In this document: positions 51,201-63,932 of the stretch, piece after piece | Numbering within the stretch: the stretch's first letter is position 1 | How the letters are laid out: every line of letters starts with the position of its first letter | NCBI RefSeq assembly: GCF_030686945.1 | Contig: NW_027122668.1 | Location: 124,099 to 188,098, forward strand | Direction: 5' to 3' | Length of the DNA stretch: 64,000 bases | From: Centruroides vittatus | Taxonomy: Eukaryota | Program-made: the position numbers and the translations under genes | The notes under the pieces: model-generated | Database searches by the model: none | Seen by the model: only the letters and a program-made list of their open reading frames with translations | Told to the model about the DNA's origin: nothing

Positions 51201-54200
51201 TAAATGTAATATGTGTTATCATTAAAAATAACTATAAAAACATTCAGACATTATAGAAATAAGTTTTATTTCCTCAATATTTACTTTCTAAGTAAAAACT
51301 TAATTCTTGAAAATCATTTTTCAAAGTTAATCACCAGAATTTATTGCTTTATTTTATAGGAACTTATATACCTCGTAAAGAAGTAGAAGTAGTAGAAAAA
51401 GTTAAAGCAACCGTAATCAAACCAAATCAAGCCTTAAAGCTACGAGCAAAGACCGAAATGATCGATCGTGATGGAGTAAAGCGCGTAATGGGAGAAGAAT
51501 GGTTGATTAAAAAAGTTGGTGCTTATTTACCAAGAGCACATGAAGAAATTGTTGATATTGTCAATGCATATATTCTAACAGAAAAAGTAAACTTCATTTG
51601 GTTTTCAACTAAAATTTATATATATGTTAACCTTTCTTATGTACTGAAATTTGTATTTTCTTTAATATTAGGAAGCGGTTCACGTTCGTGCAATTAACAC
51701 ATTTGTTGACGATCTGGGCAACACTCGAAAGAATGGAGAAGAATGGCTAGTGAAAATGACAGATGTTGACACCTACATTCCAGGAGTTTACGAGAAGGTT
51801 GTAGGAGTAATACCTATTACGGCGCTTTCAAATCGTCAGTACTGTGTTATTCTAGATCCTGTAGATGAGAGCGGTAAGCCACAGCTAAGCCAGAAATTGT
51901 TGGTTAAGGTAAATTATTTTAATTGTAACTTAATTTTGATTTATAGTAATTTACGAAATTACAAGTTTGATTTTTGTATAAATTAAGTTATTCAGTTTAT
52001 TTATTATTTTATTACTAAAGTCTATAAGCATTTTTATTATTATTTAAATCTAAAATTTTATTAGAAATTTATCATCTACTAAAAGTTACTTAAGAAAAAA
52101 TTCTTAATTTTCTCATTTTAATATTTTATACATATATCATGGCATAAATATAGTTTTCCACAGTAAACTTAATGTAGAATTCCAGTTAAAAATTGATTTT
52201 AACCAAATATAGTTTTTAAATTACCAAAATAACTTCTCAATTTTGAATACAGGTACTCCTCACTTTACGACTGAGTTCCGTTCTGACAACTACGTTGTTA
52301 AGCGAATTGGTCGATAAGTGGGGAGCTTGCTCCAGGAGTATAGGATTGTTGTAAAATTATCCAAATTATTCAACAAACTTCAAATTTATTCATAAAAAGA
52401 CTATTATAGTATGCTATTAGCATATTATAGTACTATAAGACTATTATAGTACGCTTAGTGCGCATGTCACCATTTGCCACTGAACGACACTCAAGCTGAG
52501 AAAGGGGATTCCCTGAATTGCAGGTTGAAACTCAATTGGTCGTAAGTGCGAGTGGTCGTTAAGCAGATAGGTCGTAAAGTGAGGAGTACCTGTAAAGTTA
52601 AGAAAATAGTTAGCAAGAATGTATGGCTCTACTTCCATCAAAATATGGAAACTGATTAGCTCAAGCTCAAAATAGCTGCTTTAAAGTGACTTCCTGGGCT
52701 GTTCACTATGCTTTCTCAAATTTCTTTCATTGTCACTTTCATGCAGTACCTCAGCTTTTCGAGTTTTATACTTACCAATGGTCATTTCCTATTTCTCAAA
52801 CTGTTAGAAAGTAATTTGGTGATTATACAATCTGGTGCTCGTGAAGTTTCGCACTCATATTTCTGATGTTTTATACCATGTAACAATATCCTTTTGATGC
52901 TGGTTTATAAGTTTAGAAATAGCCATTTTCGACATGTTACTATAGTAACAACAATAATAATAAGCAGTATGCCAATAAAACATTATTAATTTACAGTTAA
53001 AATCTTTTAAAGTGTATGTAATAACCTCGTTGAAATGTAAAGAATATAGAAATTAACTTTCTACAGTTCATACAGTAAAATTTTAAAAAAAAATTTATTG
53101 GAAATTTTGCAATTTAACTGAATTAAAATTTTTATTTTTTGAAATACATTTAATTAATAATTGATTTTAAAAAACTTAGTTAAAATGTCACAAAGTTTTT
53201 CCTATTGTGAATTGTCAGATAGAGTTAATATGATACAGAAATAATTAATTTTTAGAAATAAGTTTTTACTTTATATTTCTGAAATCAATATTTTCAAATC
53301 AAAATTTTAAAATTTCTATAACTATAGACGATTTTATTTAAAACAGGGAGATAAATCATTCTTTTTACATCCTGGCGAACATTTGGAAGCTGGTATTCAA
53401 GAAATACATGTGTTGAGCGATAACGAAGGGCTTGTTTTACGTGCAAAAGAAGCTTTTGTAGATACCACCGTAACACCTGTAAGAAAGACTTTTTTCCTCG
53501 TTTATCAGTTTAATAATCATATTAACTATAAATGGGTATAATTTTACAACTTTGAAAACTTTTTATTTTAAAGGCAGTTCAGCGTCAGCCAGGAGATAGA
53601 TGGATGATCAGTGGTGCAGCAGAATATATACCTCCAAACGAAGTAGAAATTTTAGCGAAAAGAAATGCTATTCCTCTTGATGAAAATGAAGGAATATACG
53701 TTAGAAATATTAAAACTGGAAAGGTAAGAGGAAATTTTTAAAAATTTTAGATAAATATGTTTTATCATTATAAGAAAGTTAGTTGGCTAAAAGTTTTATT
53801 TCTTTCAGCTATATTTTAATCTCAATAATAATGATAGAATGTACCTGTACATATTCTATTTAATAATAGATATTATGATAAATATTTTATTAACTGGATA
53901 AATAAGACTACAATATAATATGAATTAAGAGTTCTGCCTTGGGCATGCGAGGCCATGCAGAGCAGTTTCTCCAGTGTGGTGGAGTCTGTAAACAAAAAGT
54001 CCAACTCCAGGAAATTTGTATGGTGTGACTCCTACCTCAGTTTTTTTTTTTTAAAGTAACACTAAGTAGATTCCTTTTTTAAGAAAGACATCATGTGCAG
54101 TGCCTGAATATTTTATTTAACATTTCTCTATAAAATGTTTTTACTAAAATTTGATGATGGTAAGAATCAAAAAATGGATATAACAAATTTACCTCAAAAA

Positions 54201-57200
54201 ACTTTAGAGTACATAAACACACATCTTAATAGCCAAAAGAATTCCACTTTTATTAGTTAATTATGAAAAATTGATTTTAAATTTAATTATTTTAAAGAAG
54301 AAAAATTAAATACAATAAATGCAAAAAATAACGATTTGATGACTGACGTAATAGCGAGGTTGAGGCCGAAGTTTTAAATGCGAAAACGTGTAAGAAAACG
54401 GACGTTCGGCACCGCTTTCCTGTAAGCCTAGAAGTTTTACAATGGTGTTTGGTGTCAGTGGAATCACGCTCGACATTCCAAATGCCATTGTCAAACTTCT
54501 AGGCTTATCGGAAAGTGGCACCGAACGTCAGTCTTACATGTTTTTGCGTTTAAAACTTCTGCCTCAATCTTTTTAATAAATTGGTTCATAAAATAGTTTC
54601 TCCTGCTCTGGCTAGTTGACTAAACTGAAATATACAGTAGAATTTAAAGAAAAATATTTTTTTTTTCCAAATTTTGTCATCTTGGACCAATGGGTGCAGT
54701 CATACCCTGAGAACTTAAACCAGTGAAAAATAAGCTGGAACAATCTTATTAATTAAATTTTGTAGATTTCTCCTTTCTTAGTTTGTTGCAGTTAGATTCT
54801 GATCTTTGTTTTACTTTTTTCATTGATTTTTCTATTGACTGTTTTAAGACCAAATTATGATATCAAAGCTATAATAAATTACTCAAAACCAATAGAAGGG
54901 CAGTGAAAAAATTAATCAATCAAATTAGTAAAAAAAAAAAGTTGATATCCAAAGTAAAACATCTAAGATGTAAAAAATTATGGCACCCAAAATGAAAGTC
55001 AAATTTTTTTTTCTTGGGCTTCTCTTTGGTAAAGATGAGCTTGGCTTTTCGAAGCGATACCACATGCATTTACTTTCCAGGCGCAATCCCACGACTAACT
55101 ACAAGTAATCACTTGTAGTTAGTCGTGTTAGATTAATACAGATTAGTGGTGAAAATAGTGATTTTTATCCACTTGTCACTGGTGGGCCGTAGCTTTTACT
55201 AATTTATTTTCTGAAAGTACACACATCATGTATGAAACGACCTTTATGATTAATATCATTTTGATATCTAAATTAATTGAAGAGTCCATTTTCTAAGAAA
55301 TTTCTTTAGATACTAATTAAAAAGTGTATTTTTTTTTTTTTTTTACTTCACATTTTACAAATAGTAAACTTTGAGGTTGGAGTCAAAAGAATTTTACTGA
55401 CTCCACAACACTTGTTTCTCCTCCTCCTTTTTGAATGTCCAGCCACTTCCACTTGATACTTTATACATGTGTAAATCATCTTATTTCACTACCAAATAAA
55501 ATCTTTGTAATAATGCTAGTGATAACTTTTAAAAAATAAAGCAAAATAATCACTAGTATTATTAAAAATAAAAAATAATTACAGACTTTAATAGCTCACT
55601 AGAAAATATATTTAAGTATTAATGTTTATATTATTTTTAACAAAAAAATGAAAATAGGTTCGTGCAGTCTGTGGAGAAACGTACATGATGAATCAAGATG
55701 AAGAACTTTGGGAAAAAGAGCTGTCGCCAAATGTCGAATCACTTTTGTCGGCTCATTACGATCCGATGGCCGATCGTGGACGGTGGGCAGATAAACAGTC
55801 TGCTGCTTCTGCTCGTTTCCAGAGATAAAACAAGAGTAATAACTTTTCGTGTGCCACATAATGCAGCGATTCAGATATATGATTACAAAGGGAAAAAAGC
55901 ACGGTAAGTTGAAAATTTCACAAAAATACAGTAAGACATTATAATTTTTTTTTTTTTTTTTCCAATTTCTAAATTATTTCATATTTAAATTATGATTTAA
56001 ATGTATTTCAAATTGTTTAGAACAATATACTGAATATTACACAAAAATTGTTTGTAATTTTTAAATTTCATTTTCAAAATAGTGTGGTTTTTGGTCCAGA
56101 ATTGGTTATGTTGGGACCGGACGAACAGTTTACGCAACTAAGTTTATCAGGTCACAAGCCAAAAAAGCCTAATGTGATTCGGTCTTTGTGTCTTCTTCTG
56201 GGACCAGATTTTTGTACTGATGTCATTACTGTTGAAACAGCCGACCATGCTCGCTTACAACTTCAGCTTGCATATAATTGGTAAAAATTTCGGATAATTG
56301 TATAAGAAAATCTGAATAGTGTTTTTGATACTTTGATGATTTAAATTAAGAATATAATTGTTTTTAAATAATTGAAAATAATTTTATGTCGATAATTATT
56401 GTTATTTATTATTTAGGCACTTTGATGTAAGTCAAAAGGATGACGCGACAGCTTCTAAATTATTTGCGGTACCAGATTTTATTGGTGATCTTTGTAAAGC
56501 CGTAGCATCTCGCATTAGAGGAGCCATAGCATCGACTAATTTCGATGACTTTCATAAGGTTAGTAATTATTGTTGATGAAACACCGTTAATAATTTTGAG
56601 AATCCGATAACATTTTATGGAATTGTTAAACAGAATTCTGCTACAATCATCAGAGCTGCAGTTTTTGGCTATGATTCTGATAGAAAGATCAGAAATAGAT
56701 TAATCTTTCCACAGAATAATTTAGTAGTAACTAGTGTAGATATACAAAGTGTAGAACCTGTAGATCAGCGAACTAGAGATTCTCTTCAAAAATCAGTACA
56801 ACTTGCAATTGAGATAACAACTCAAAGTCAAGAAGCAGCTGCCAGGTAACAAAGAAATGATGATTAAAATGCTTTATTAAATGTATATATTTTTTGTTTA
56901 TTAATATTTTACATACTTTATAGACATGAAGCAGAAAGAAGAGAACAAGAAGCCAGAGGAAAATTGGAAAGACAAAGAATTTCCGACGAAGTAGAATCCG
57001 AACGAAGTCGTAAGGATCTTTTAGAATTACAGGCAGCTAGCATGGCAGTAGAAAGCTGCGGACAGGCAAAGGCAGAAGCAAAAAGCAAAGCCGAAGCCCT
57101 GAGAATTGAAGCAGAAACAGCCGTCGAACAAGCTAAATTGAAAGTTGATGCTATGACAATTGAAGCAGTATGAATCTTTTATGTTCCTTTTAATAGTTTT

Positions 57201-58142
57201 TCATTTATTGTAATAATCATAATAATAGAAAAATAGAAAACTGAAATCATTTTCTAATATATTAATATTAAAGTTTCCTTTTATTTCTATTACATCAGAT
57301 AGTTTTCAAACATTGCATTTGTTCAAATTTTTTTTATAGTGAATAATTTTGACTTTAGATATTTTCCTACTATCCTCTATTAGACAGGCTTGAATTAAAC
57401 TTTATAAATACATTGAAATAATTATTTAAGAAATGTTTTTAAATTGCTGCTGTTATATTTAAATAATTTCTTAAAAGGAAGCAGAATTGGAAAGATTGAT
57501 GAAGGCCAGAGATGCCGAAATCAGTTATCTTCGCGAACAAGATGAATTGCAGATTAAGAAATCAAAAGAATTGGCAGAAATAGACGTACAGAAATGCAAG
57601 GATATAATAAGTGCTCTTGGACCCGACACAATTCGTGCCATAGCTCTGGCAGGACCAGAACTACAGGTAAATTGATACGATATAAAATAGTTAATAATTC
57701 ATAGTAGAGCTTCAGTTTTAAAATAGTTTATCATATAAAAACAAATATCAAAATGATATTGCCAAGAAGTTGTTTCTTAATTACTTAATGAAATATTTAC
57801 AAATATATAATTGACTACAATTTTGAGTTTACTTTTGAAAGTCTGTCTGTTCAGTCTGAGTTCAAGCTGAAGAAATACACATGTATGAACACCTATGTGT
57901 AAACTACATGCATTTCAGCTTTTCTAGTTCTTTATAATAAAATGAAAAGTTTATTTGCAAGAAACTCAAACAATATTGTCATAAATTCATTTTATTTTCA
58001 GGTAAAGATTCTTCAAGGACTTGGACTTCATACAACTCTCATCACTGATGGAAATTGCCCCATAAATTTATTTAATACTGCACAAGGATTGATAGGAAAT
58101 TCCTTATTGGAACCACCCACTAAAATACAAAAGGTCGAATGA
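42288..58142 (+). CDS. MVP: Major vault protein, copy 2: same 14-exon structure, but a 1-bp insertion in exon 8 shifts the frame (possible pseudogene or sequencing error)
   Basis: Exons: join(42288..42430, 46775..46970, 50928..51048, 51360..51586, 51672..51908, 53347..53478, 53574..53723, 55658..55903, 56083..56280, 56417..56558, 56634..56845, 56924..57167, 57478..57666, 58002..58142). All splice sites are conserved GT-AG. Exon 8 is 246 nt, against 245 in copy 1. The extra c at 55814 (tctgctgcttctgctCgtttccagagataa, against tctgctacttctgctgtttccagagat in copy 1) puts a taa stop in frame. Other coding differences from copy 1 are mostly synonymous, apart from Gly to Asp in exon 3 (ggt to gac at about 51000) and Thr to Ala in exon 8. 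Confidence 0.75.
45219..45866. other. Copy-2-specific insertion of about 650 bp upstream of MVP exon 2
   Basis: Copy 1 reads ...tctaatagtctcttgcgcaattcc with no interruption at 20128. Copy 2 has ttggctactttgtaactaaaa...aatccaaagtccaaag inserted. ORF 45478..45666 is unsupported. Confidence 0.4.
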
Positions 58143-60416
58143 TTTTTCAGTACGTAAATATAGTAATTCACCACCTCCTTAACAAGTTACTGAATATTTC
58201 TTTGTCTGCAGGAATAAGGAACTCGCTAAGGCCAATGTAAAATTGGATGACTGCCATTTTCATTCCTTAAAATAATTACTGTTACTTGCAAGTGTTAATG
58301 AAGTTTAAGACTGTGTGCAAACTCAGATTTGACATTATTTTGTTGTTGAAATATGAGCATTCTATTTTTAATACTAATGATACAAATTGTTGTTTAAAAT
58401 CAAATATATTTTTCTGCTTTTGCAATTTCTGTAAAATTAAACAGCTTTTCAAGTTTGTCTACATACCATGTGAGGGAAATTGATGTGCTTATAACAAATA
58501 AAAATGTATGCAGATGTTGATTATTTATTTATCTAAATACATCTGCTAGTAGAATATATATATATATATTTATTCTACTAGCAGGCCAGTGTTGCCCAGG
58601 TAAAAAGTAATACAAATAAATATTAAAATTTAAGCATTGCATAATAATTAATGGGGCTTTATTAGGTTTAATGCATTATTATATAATTTTCACTGCATCA
58701 AATTGAAATTATAGGATTCCAGAGGATTTCATCCATAACAATTACCCCTGCAGACCCAGCAATGTTTGGGACCCACAATTGGAAGAAATTTTAAGTTGGT
58801 AAGAAAGTGCAGTGAGATTTTACATTGAAAGTTCTGTAAAGAATATTTTGTACATTTCATTACAGTAGCAAATCTTAAGGTGTTTTTTTGTATATGTAAA
58901 ATTATCTATATCTACCCAAATGTTGGTTATTTGGAAAACATTATTGTTTGTATTGTTTCCAGGGAAAATAAATTTATTTGTAAATAATGTCATTGCTAAC
59001 AAACTATTAGTTTAAGATGCTAAACTAGTTGATAAGTTATCTTTGGGTTCTGTAAAATTGACAAAGACAAGAGGATGCAATGTTATAACCAGTTTTCTTT
59101 TAATGAAAACAATGTTATGTGAAAATATGCCTTCCTTTCGTCTTCACAATAACTAAGTCCCAAGAGACCTATATTCCGCAACTTTTTTCTAAATTCTTTC
59201 CACCTTGTAGACATCGTTTTTTTTCCTCTATACCCATTGTGGGTTTGACCACACCCACAATGGAGACCAACAAGGGGTGAGGGATGGGATCTAACATGAG
59301 TTTAACTAAATGGGAAAACTCTGGGGCATTGCTTGCCCAGATTCAAGCCTGTCCCCAGAATGTTAGGCTTTACTGCCTTGGCCATCCAACCATCTCATGT
59401 TTCTTAACTATCTATGGGAAACATGTATATGCCGAAATTGGTTTTAACAGGAACGTAGACAAAGCATTCTCTCTAATAATGGTCAGATGGACGAGGTAGT
59501 TAAGGCATCAGCCCACTGCTCTGGGGATCCAAGATTGAATTCAGGTGGTCAAAAAAGATTTACTCATGGATCAGGTAAAAGATGAGCTCTTCAAAAAATT
59601 TGCAAGGTCCCTACTGTTTTCCATTAGAGCACTGCAAGTTAGCTTATATTTTCTGCAAGATCCTAGTAACTGAAAAATTTGGTTTGATCAGTCAGATGGC
59701 TTAGAAGTGTACAGAGAACATACAGGCAACAAATACACTATTTCTTATATGTAATTAAAACATAATTAGCAAATTCTGAATTATAAGTCAATATTGAAGA
59801 TGATGATAATAATTAATATAATGTGTAGCAAATCAACAACAAGAAGATCTTATGGATTTTATACATTATCAATACTACACCTTAAATTCTTGTATAGAGT
59901 TAATTTTCTTCTTTTCTGTATTGTTGGCATGCCATTAACTTCTCATAGATGTGCTAAAAAATTTCATTAGATAATGCTAATAAAATATTTGTATACAGGG
60001 TGGGCAGCGAAAACGAAACGGCAGAGTGTTCGTGTTCGTCCAATCAAATCGCTCGGACAGGTCGATTTTATTCTCGAGGGAACATCTTATGCAATAAAGT
60101 TTTTGCAAATCTGAATATTAACTAAACAAACATTTTTTTTCCGAAATAAATGTTTGTTTAGTTAATACAAAATAAATGAGTTTTTAAATTTTTTTGTTGT
60201 CTGTTGTATTCAGAATCGCAAAAACATTATTGCAAAAGATGTCCCATCGAGAATAAAATCGACCTGTCCGAGCGATTTGCTTGGACGAACACGAACACTC
60301 TGCCGTTTCGTTTTCGCTGGCCCACCCTGTATATAGTTTAGCAGATATGAAATCATGTTTCATTTATGTGTATAAGACCATCAATGGAATAATAGCTCAT
60401 TGGTGCAAAAATTAGT

Positions 60417-60635
60417 GGTCGAATGGCCGAGCGGTCAAGGTTGGCATCCTGCTGCCCTGGGGACCCGGGATCAAATCTGGACGAGCCAAAATATCCCCAG
60501 GAATTTTTCGGGGGGTGGTGCATCCTGATATGTCGGTCCCCGTCTCTCACCACCCGGCCGCCCCATAATGGGCTTGCTATAAGAGGCCCTCTTAGTGCTC
60601 ACAGGGCAAAAAGAGTTACAAAAAAAATAAAAAAA
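60417..60635 (+). mobile_element. tRNA-derived SINE, copy C, with an A-rich tail
   Basis: Starts with ggtcgaatggccgagcggtcaagg and ends agagttacaaaaaaaataaaaaaacc. ORFs 60353..60553 and 60423..60725 are artefacts. Confidence 0.6.
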
Positions 60636-60980
60636 CCACCGAAAATTGGAAGTTTGCCTATGGATCAGATGATACTATGTGGAATAAAATATAAATTTCA
60701 CTTTACATTCCTTGAAGGAGAATGAATAAGAAAACGATATTTGGTTCTACTCAGAAAGGTTTGATTGCTCACAAAATTATTTACTAGATGAGGTTCTTGG
60801 AGTATTGCACCATTTCAAATAATGGTAATTTTTTTCTACTGTGTTTTTACATACAAGAATCTTTGATGCAATTCTTGCTCACTGATGTCCCACTTGCTCA
60901 GATATCATATTTTAGCTTTGTCGTCTTAGGAAATTATGAAATTGAACAATATTAAATATGTTATGTTGAATATCTGTTAA

Positions 60981-61530
60981 GCCTGGACTCCACATTACCT
61001 GAAAACAGAAACTCAGAAACAGAATTCAAACATAGAGAGTTTTCGTTTCAGTTTTGTTTTCGTTTTAACTTGGCTCCACTAGCACGTTACGTGGAACTGC
61101 GCCATCTGTTGATCAGTTTTGTAATTGTCGTAGAGTCAAACATGGACGACGCTACGGATTTTGCCTTGCTTTCTCTATATTTATTAACAATTTCATTGTT
61201 AATAATCTTTGAATTATTTACATTTTTTGTCGTATTTTCTAACTTCTTCAATGAATAATTCCAAATCTATTTGTTTCCTCATCCTTTTCTGCCTTTACGA
61301 CAATCAAACTACATGTGATGAATGCACGTGACTACGCGTCACAAATCCTCGCGTTTTTATTGGTTGCAGTACGACAGAAGCGCGGAACGAAAACGGAAAA
61401 GTTAAATAATTTTTAACTTTGCTTTCAGTCTTGTTTCTGCCCAACTGAACCTTCCAAAACTGAAAGTTTCGTCAGTTTGGCTTTCAGTTTTACGGTTACG
61501 TCGCGGATTCCGGTAATGTGGAGTCCAGGC
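60981..61530. mobile_element. MITE with TIR gcctggactccacattacc, a possible TTA duplication (PIF/Harbinger-like)
   Basis: gcctggactccacattacctgaaaacag ... cggtaatgtggagtccaggc, flanked by tta / tta. Confidence 0.4.
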
Positions 61531-61914
61531 TTTAGAGACATTGATAAACAAGCAAGTAGAGAAGCATTGGAAGCGGCCATCTTTTCTTACAAGAATCGGC
61601 AAAGGTCTGCGTTTTTTTTATTACTCGCGCGTACGTGAAATTTGCTTACAAATTCCTGCAGAACGCGGTGGGGAAACAACATGGCGTCCTTATTGATTCA
61701 GATAATTTCGTTTCAGTACCCGTTACGCGGTAGATTTTAAAATTATAGATTCCGCTGTCACGATACTATCGATAGGTACTTTTCATTAGTACCATATTTT
61801 TCTTTCATCGTCGTCCCCAAATGCGTACAAACAGCAACTTCCAGCCCGTGGCGAAGGAGGTGCGGAGCAATCGCTATTAACGAACGCACCCAAGAATTGA
61901 AGAAGGGATTCCTA

Positions 61915-62228
61915 AACATACGGGACATTCCAATTTTCAACACGAGTGTTGAAACCAACAATTTGACGTCATCAACGACGTTCCAACTGGAGTACGAAGT
62001 GCTTAGTTCCCATAATTCCATTCTCAGCAAGATGGATTCCATTCAAATGTCGCACCAATTACCCACAATTCATTGGAAAGTAGCGGTTAACATATCTGTT
62101 GAGTGCTGAGTGTGTTGAGTCAGCGCTGACAACAGCGCCACTTCAACGTTGAAAAAAGGAACGATTTTTAACGAACGTTGACATTAGCGCTGAGTCAGCG
62201 TTGAAAATTGGAATGTCCCGATACGTTG
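61915..62228. mobile_element. Short inverted-repeat element (acatacgggacattccaattttcaacacg / cgttgaaaattggaatgtcccgatacgttg)
   Basis: A 30-bp inverted pair about 280 bp apart. Internal TGACGTCA (CRE-like) palindromes occur nearby. ORFs 61758..62042 and 61897..62109 are unsupported. Confidence 0.3.
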
Positions 62229-62491
62229 TAAATTCTCCGAGCACGCCGAGCGCGCTAGGAATGCTAGCAATGACGTCATGGGTGCGAAAAGTATACGCTG
62301 TGCTCACTGGTAGCTAACAAAAAGTATACAGGCTGAGCGCGCTAGGGGCGAGATCGGAGCTAAAAGTAAACGCACCCATAGAAACTAATCAGAAGAAGTG
62401 ACGTGAATTCGTGCTGACGTCATGTCCTATCAGATTGATTTTACGACGGGGTCGTTCAGATATCTGATTTTTCGAACACAGGGATCTGGGG

Positions 62492-62960
62492 TTTTTTTTT
62501 CTTTTTTTGTAACTCTTTCCGCCCAGTGGGCACTAAGAGGGCCTCTTACAGCAAGCCCATTATGGGTTCGGCCAGGCCCACAATGGGGCGGCCGGGTGGT
62601 GAGGGACGGGGACCGACTACCCCCCGAAAAATTCCTGGGGATTTTCGACCCGTCCGGATTCGATCCCGGGTCCCCAGGGCGGCAGGCTGCTAACCTTTGA
62701 CCGCTAAGACGGCCGGATGGCCGAGCGGTAATGGTGGCAGCCTACCGCTCTGGGGGACCCGGGATCGAATCCGAACGGGTCGAATAATCCCCAGGAATTT
62801 TTCGGGGGGTGGTCCGTTCGGATATGTCGGGCCCCGTCCCTCACCACCCGGTCGCCCCATTGTGGGCCTGGCCGAACCCATAATGGGCCTACTAAAAGAG
62901 GCCCTCTTAGTGCCCACAGGGCGGAAAGAGTTAAAAAAAAAAAAAAAACCTTGACCGCTC
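62492..62960. mobile_element. Head-to-head inverted pair of tRNA-derived SINEs (copy D on the minus strand, 62492..62716; copy E on the plus strand, 62711..62960) flanked by a 12-bp direct repeat
   Basis: Poly-T at 62492..62508 and poly-A at 62936..62955. The two tRNA-like heads abut at the palindromic ggccgg (62711..62716). An extra reversed head fragment lies at 62958..62983. The direct repeat cagggatctggg occurs at 62479 and 62987. ORFs 62422..63037 are artefacts. Confidence 0.55.
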
Positions 62961-63360
62961 GGCCATCCGGCCGCATCAGGGATCTGGGTTCGTATGACAC
63001 ACGAAAATTCGTGTTTTTCAAGCCAAGTTCGAATCATTTTTATTGTTTACATATAATGATCCATTGTCGTCCAGAACTGAGTCAGTTTCGTGCTAATAAA
63101 TGAAATTATTGGAAATATTTTATTAAAATTAAATTTTTACGTTTAGTTTCCTCCACTAGAGGGATACATTTTATAGCAGACGAAATCATAACCGTTTAAA
63201 TATTTGATTTGATTGTTGTAAATATTTTATTTCGGTACAGATATATTTAAAATATCATTCAAAATAATTTTTAAATTATGAAAAATTATTATTGGTACTG
63301 AAAAAAATAAAAAAAATTATGTAAATTAATTTATATCCCAATCGGAAATATTTACGAAAG

Positions 63361-63932
63361 ATGTCGCTACTGGAAACAACCGCGTGTTTATTGAAGTGTT
63401 CCTCATGGACGTCGTTGGGTTGTGTTGACATGGAAGAGAAGAGGAAGGGTTTTCCTTGCGCTTTATGTAACAAGAGATTTTCTAGGAAAGATAATTTAAG
63501 CAGACATTATTGTCAAGTTCATAAAATTATCCCAGATATCAGGAGAACTATTTATTGTGCTGAAGTTAACTGTGGATTTAATACAACATATAATTACAAA
63601 TTAAGAGAACATTTAAGAGACGAACACGAACTTACTTCGTACGAATCAAGAAAAATTATATTCGAATCTTTAGAAAGTACGTACAGAAATTTGAATATAT
63701 TCCTCTAATTTTTTTTTAAATAAAGTTTAATTATTAAATATCATTATCTTGTTTCTGTTTTGCATTAGAATTTTGGGAATGGAAACATCAAGTCGAAAAA
63801 GCAAGTTGTTCGAAATTTTTCCAGACTAGTAAGAAGAAATTAGGTTCTGGTTATAGTAAATATTATTTTTCTTGTAACAGAACTGGAATTTATAAGCCAA
63901 AAGGAAATAACAAGAGAGCTTTGAAGTTTCAG
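63361..63932 (+). CDS. C2H2 zinc-finger protein, 5' part (exon 1 63361..63676, exon 2 63769..63932); the gene continues beyond the window
   Basis: The ATG at 63361 starts an exon with two C2H2 fingers (FPCALCNKRFSRKDNLSRHYCQVH and IYCAEVNCGFNTTYNYKLREHLRDEH). The donor is gaa a|gtacgt at 63677. The acceptor ttgcattag| at 63768 joins in frame to KFWEWKHQVEKASCSKFFQTSKKKLGSGYSKYYFSCNRTGIYKPKGNNKRALKFQ, followed by the donor cag|gtgatt at 63933. Frame consistency across the intron supports the splice. Confidence 0.5.

Larger units (their letters stand above)
40908..60335 (+). repeat. Segmental duplication, copy 2 (about 19.4 kb), carrying the second MVP gene
   Basis: See the copy 1 entry. Copy 2 lacks the copy-1 insertions at 17415, 17887, 19829, 20994, 23479 and 27011. 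It carries its own insertions at 41716..42030, 45219..45866 and a roughly 105-bp insertion at 48240..48345. Confidence 0.85.
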
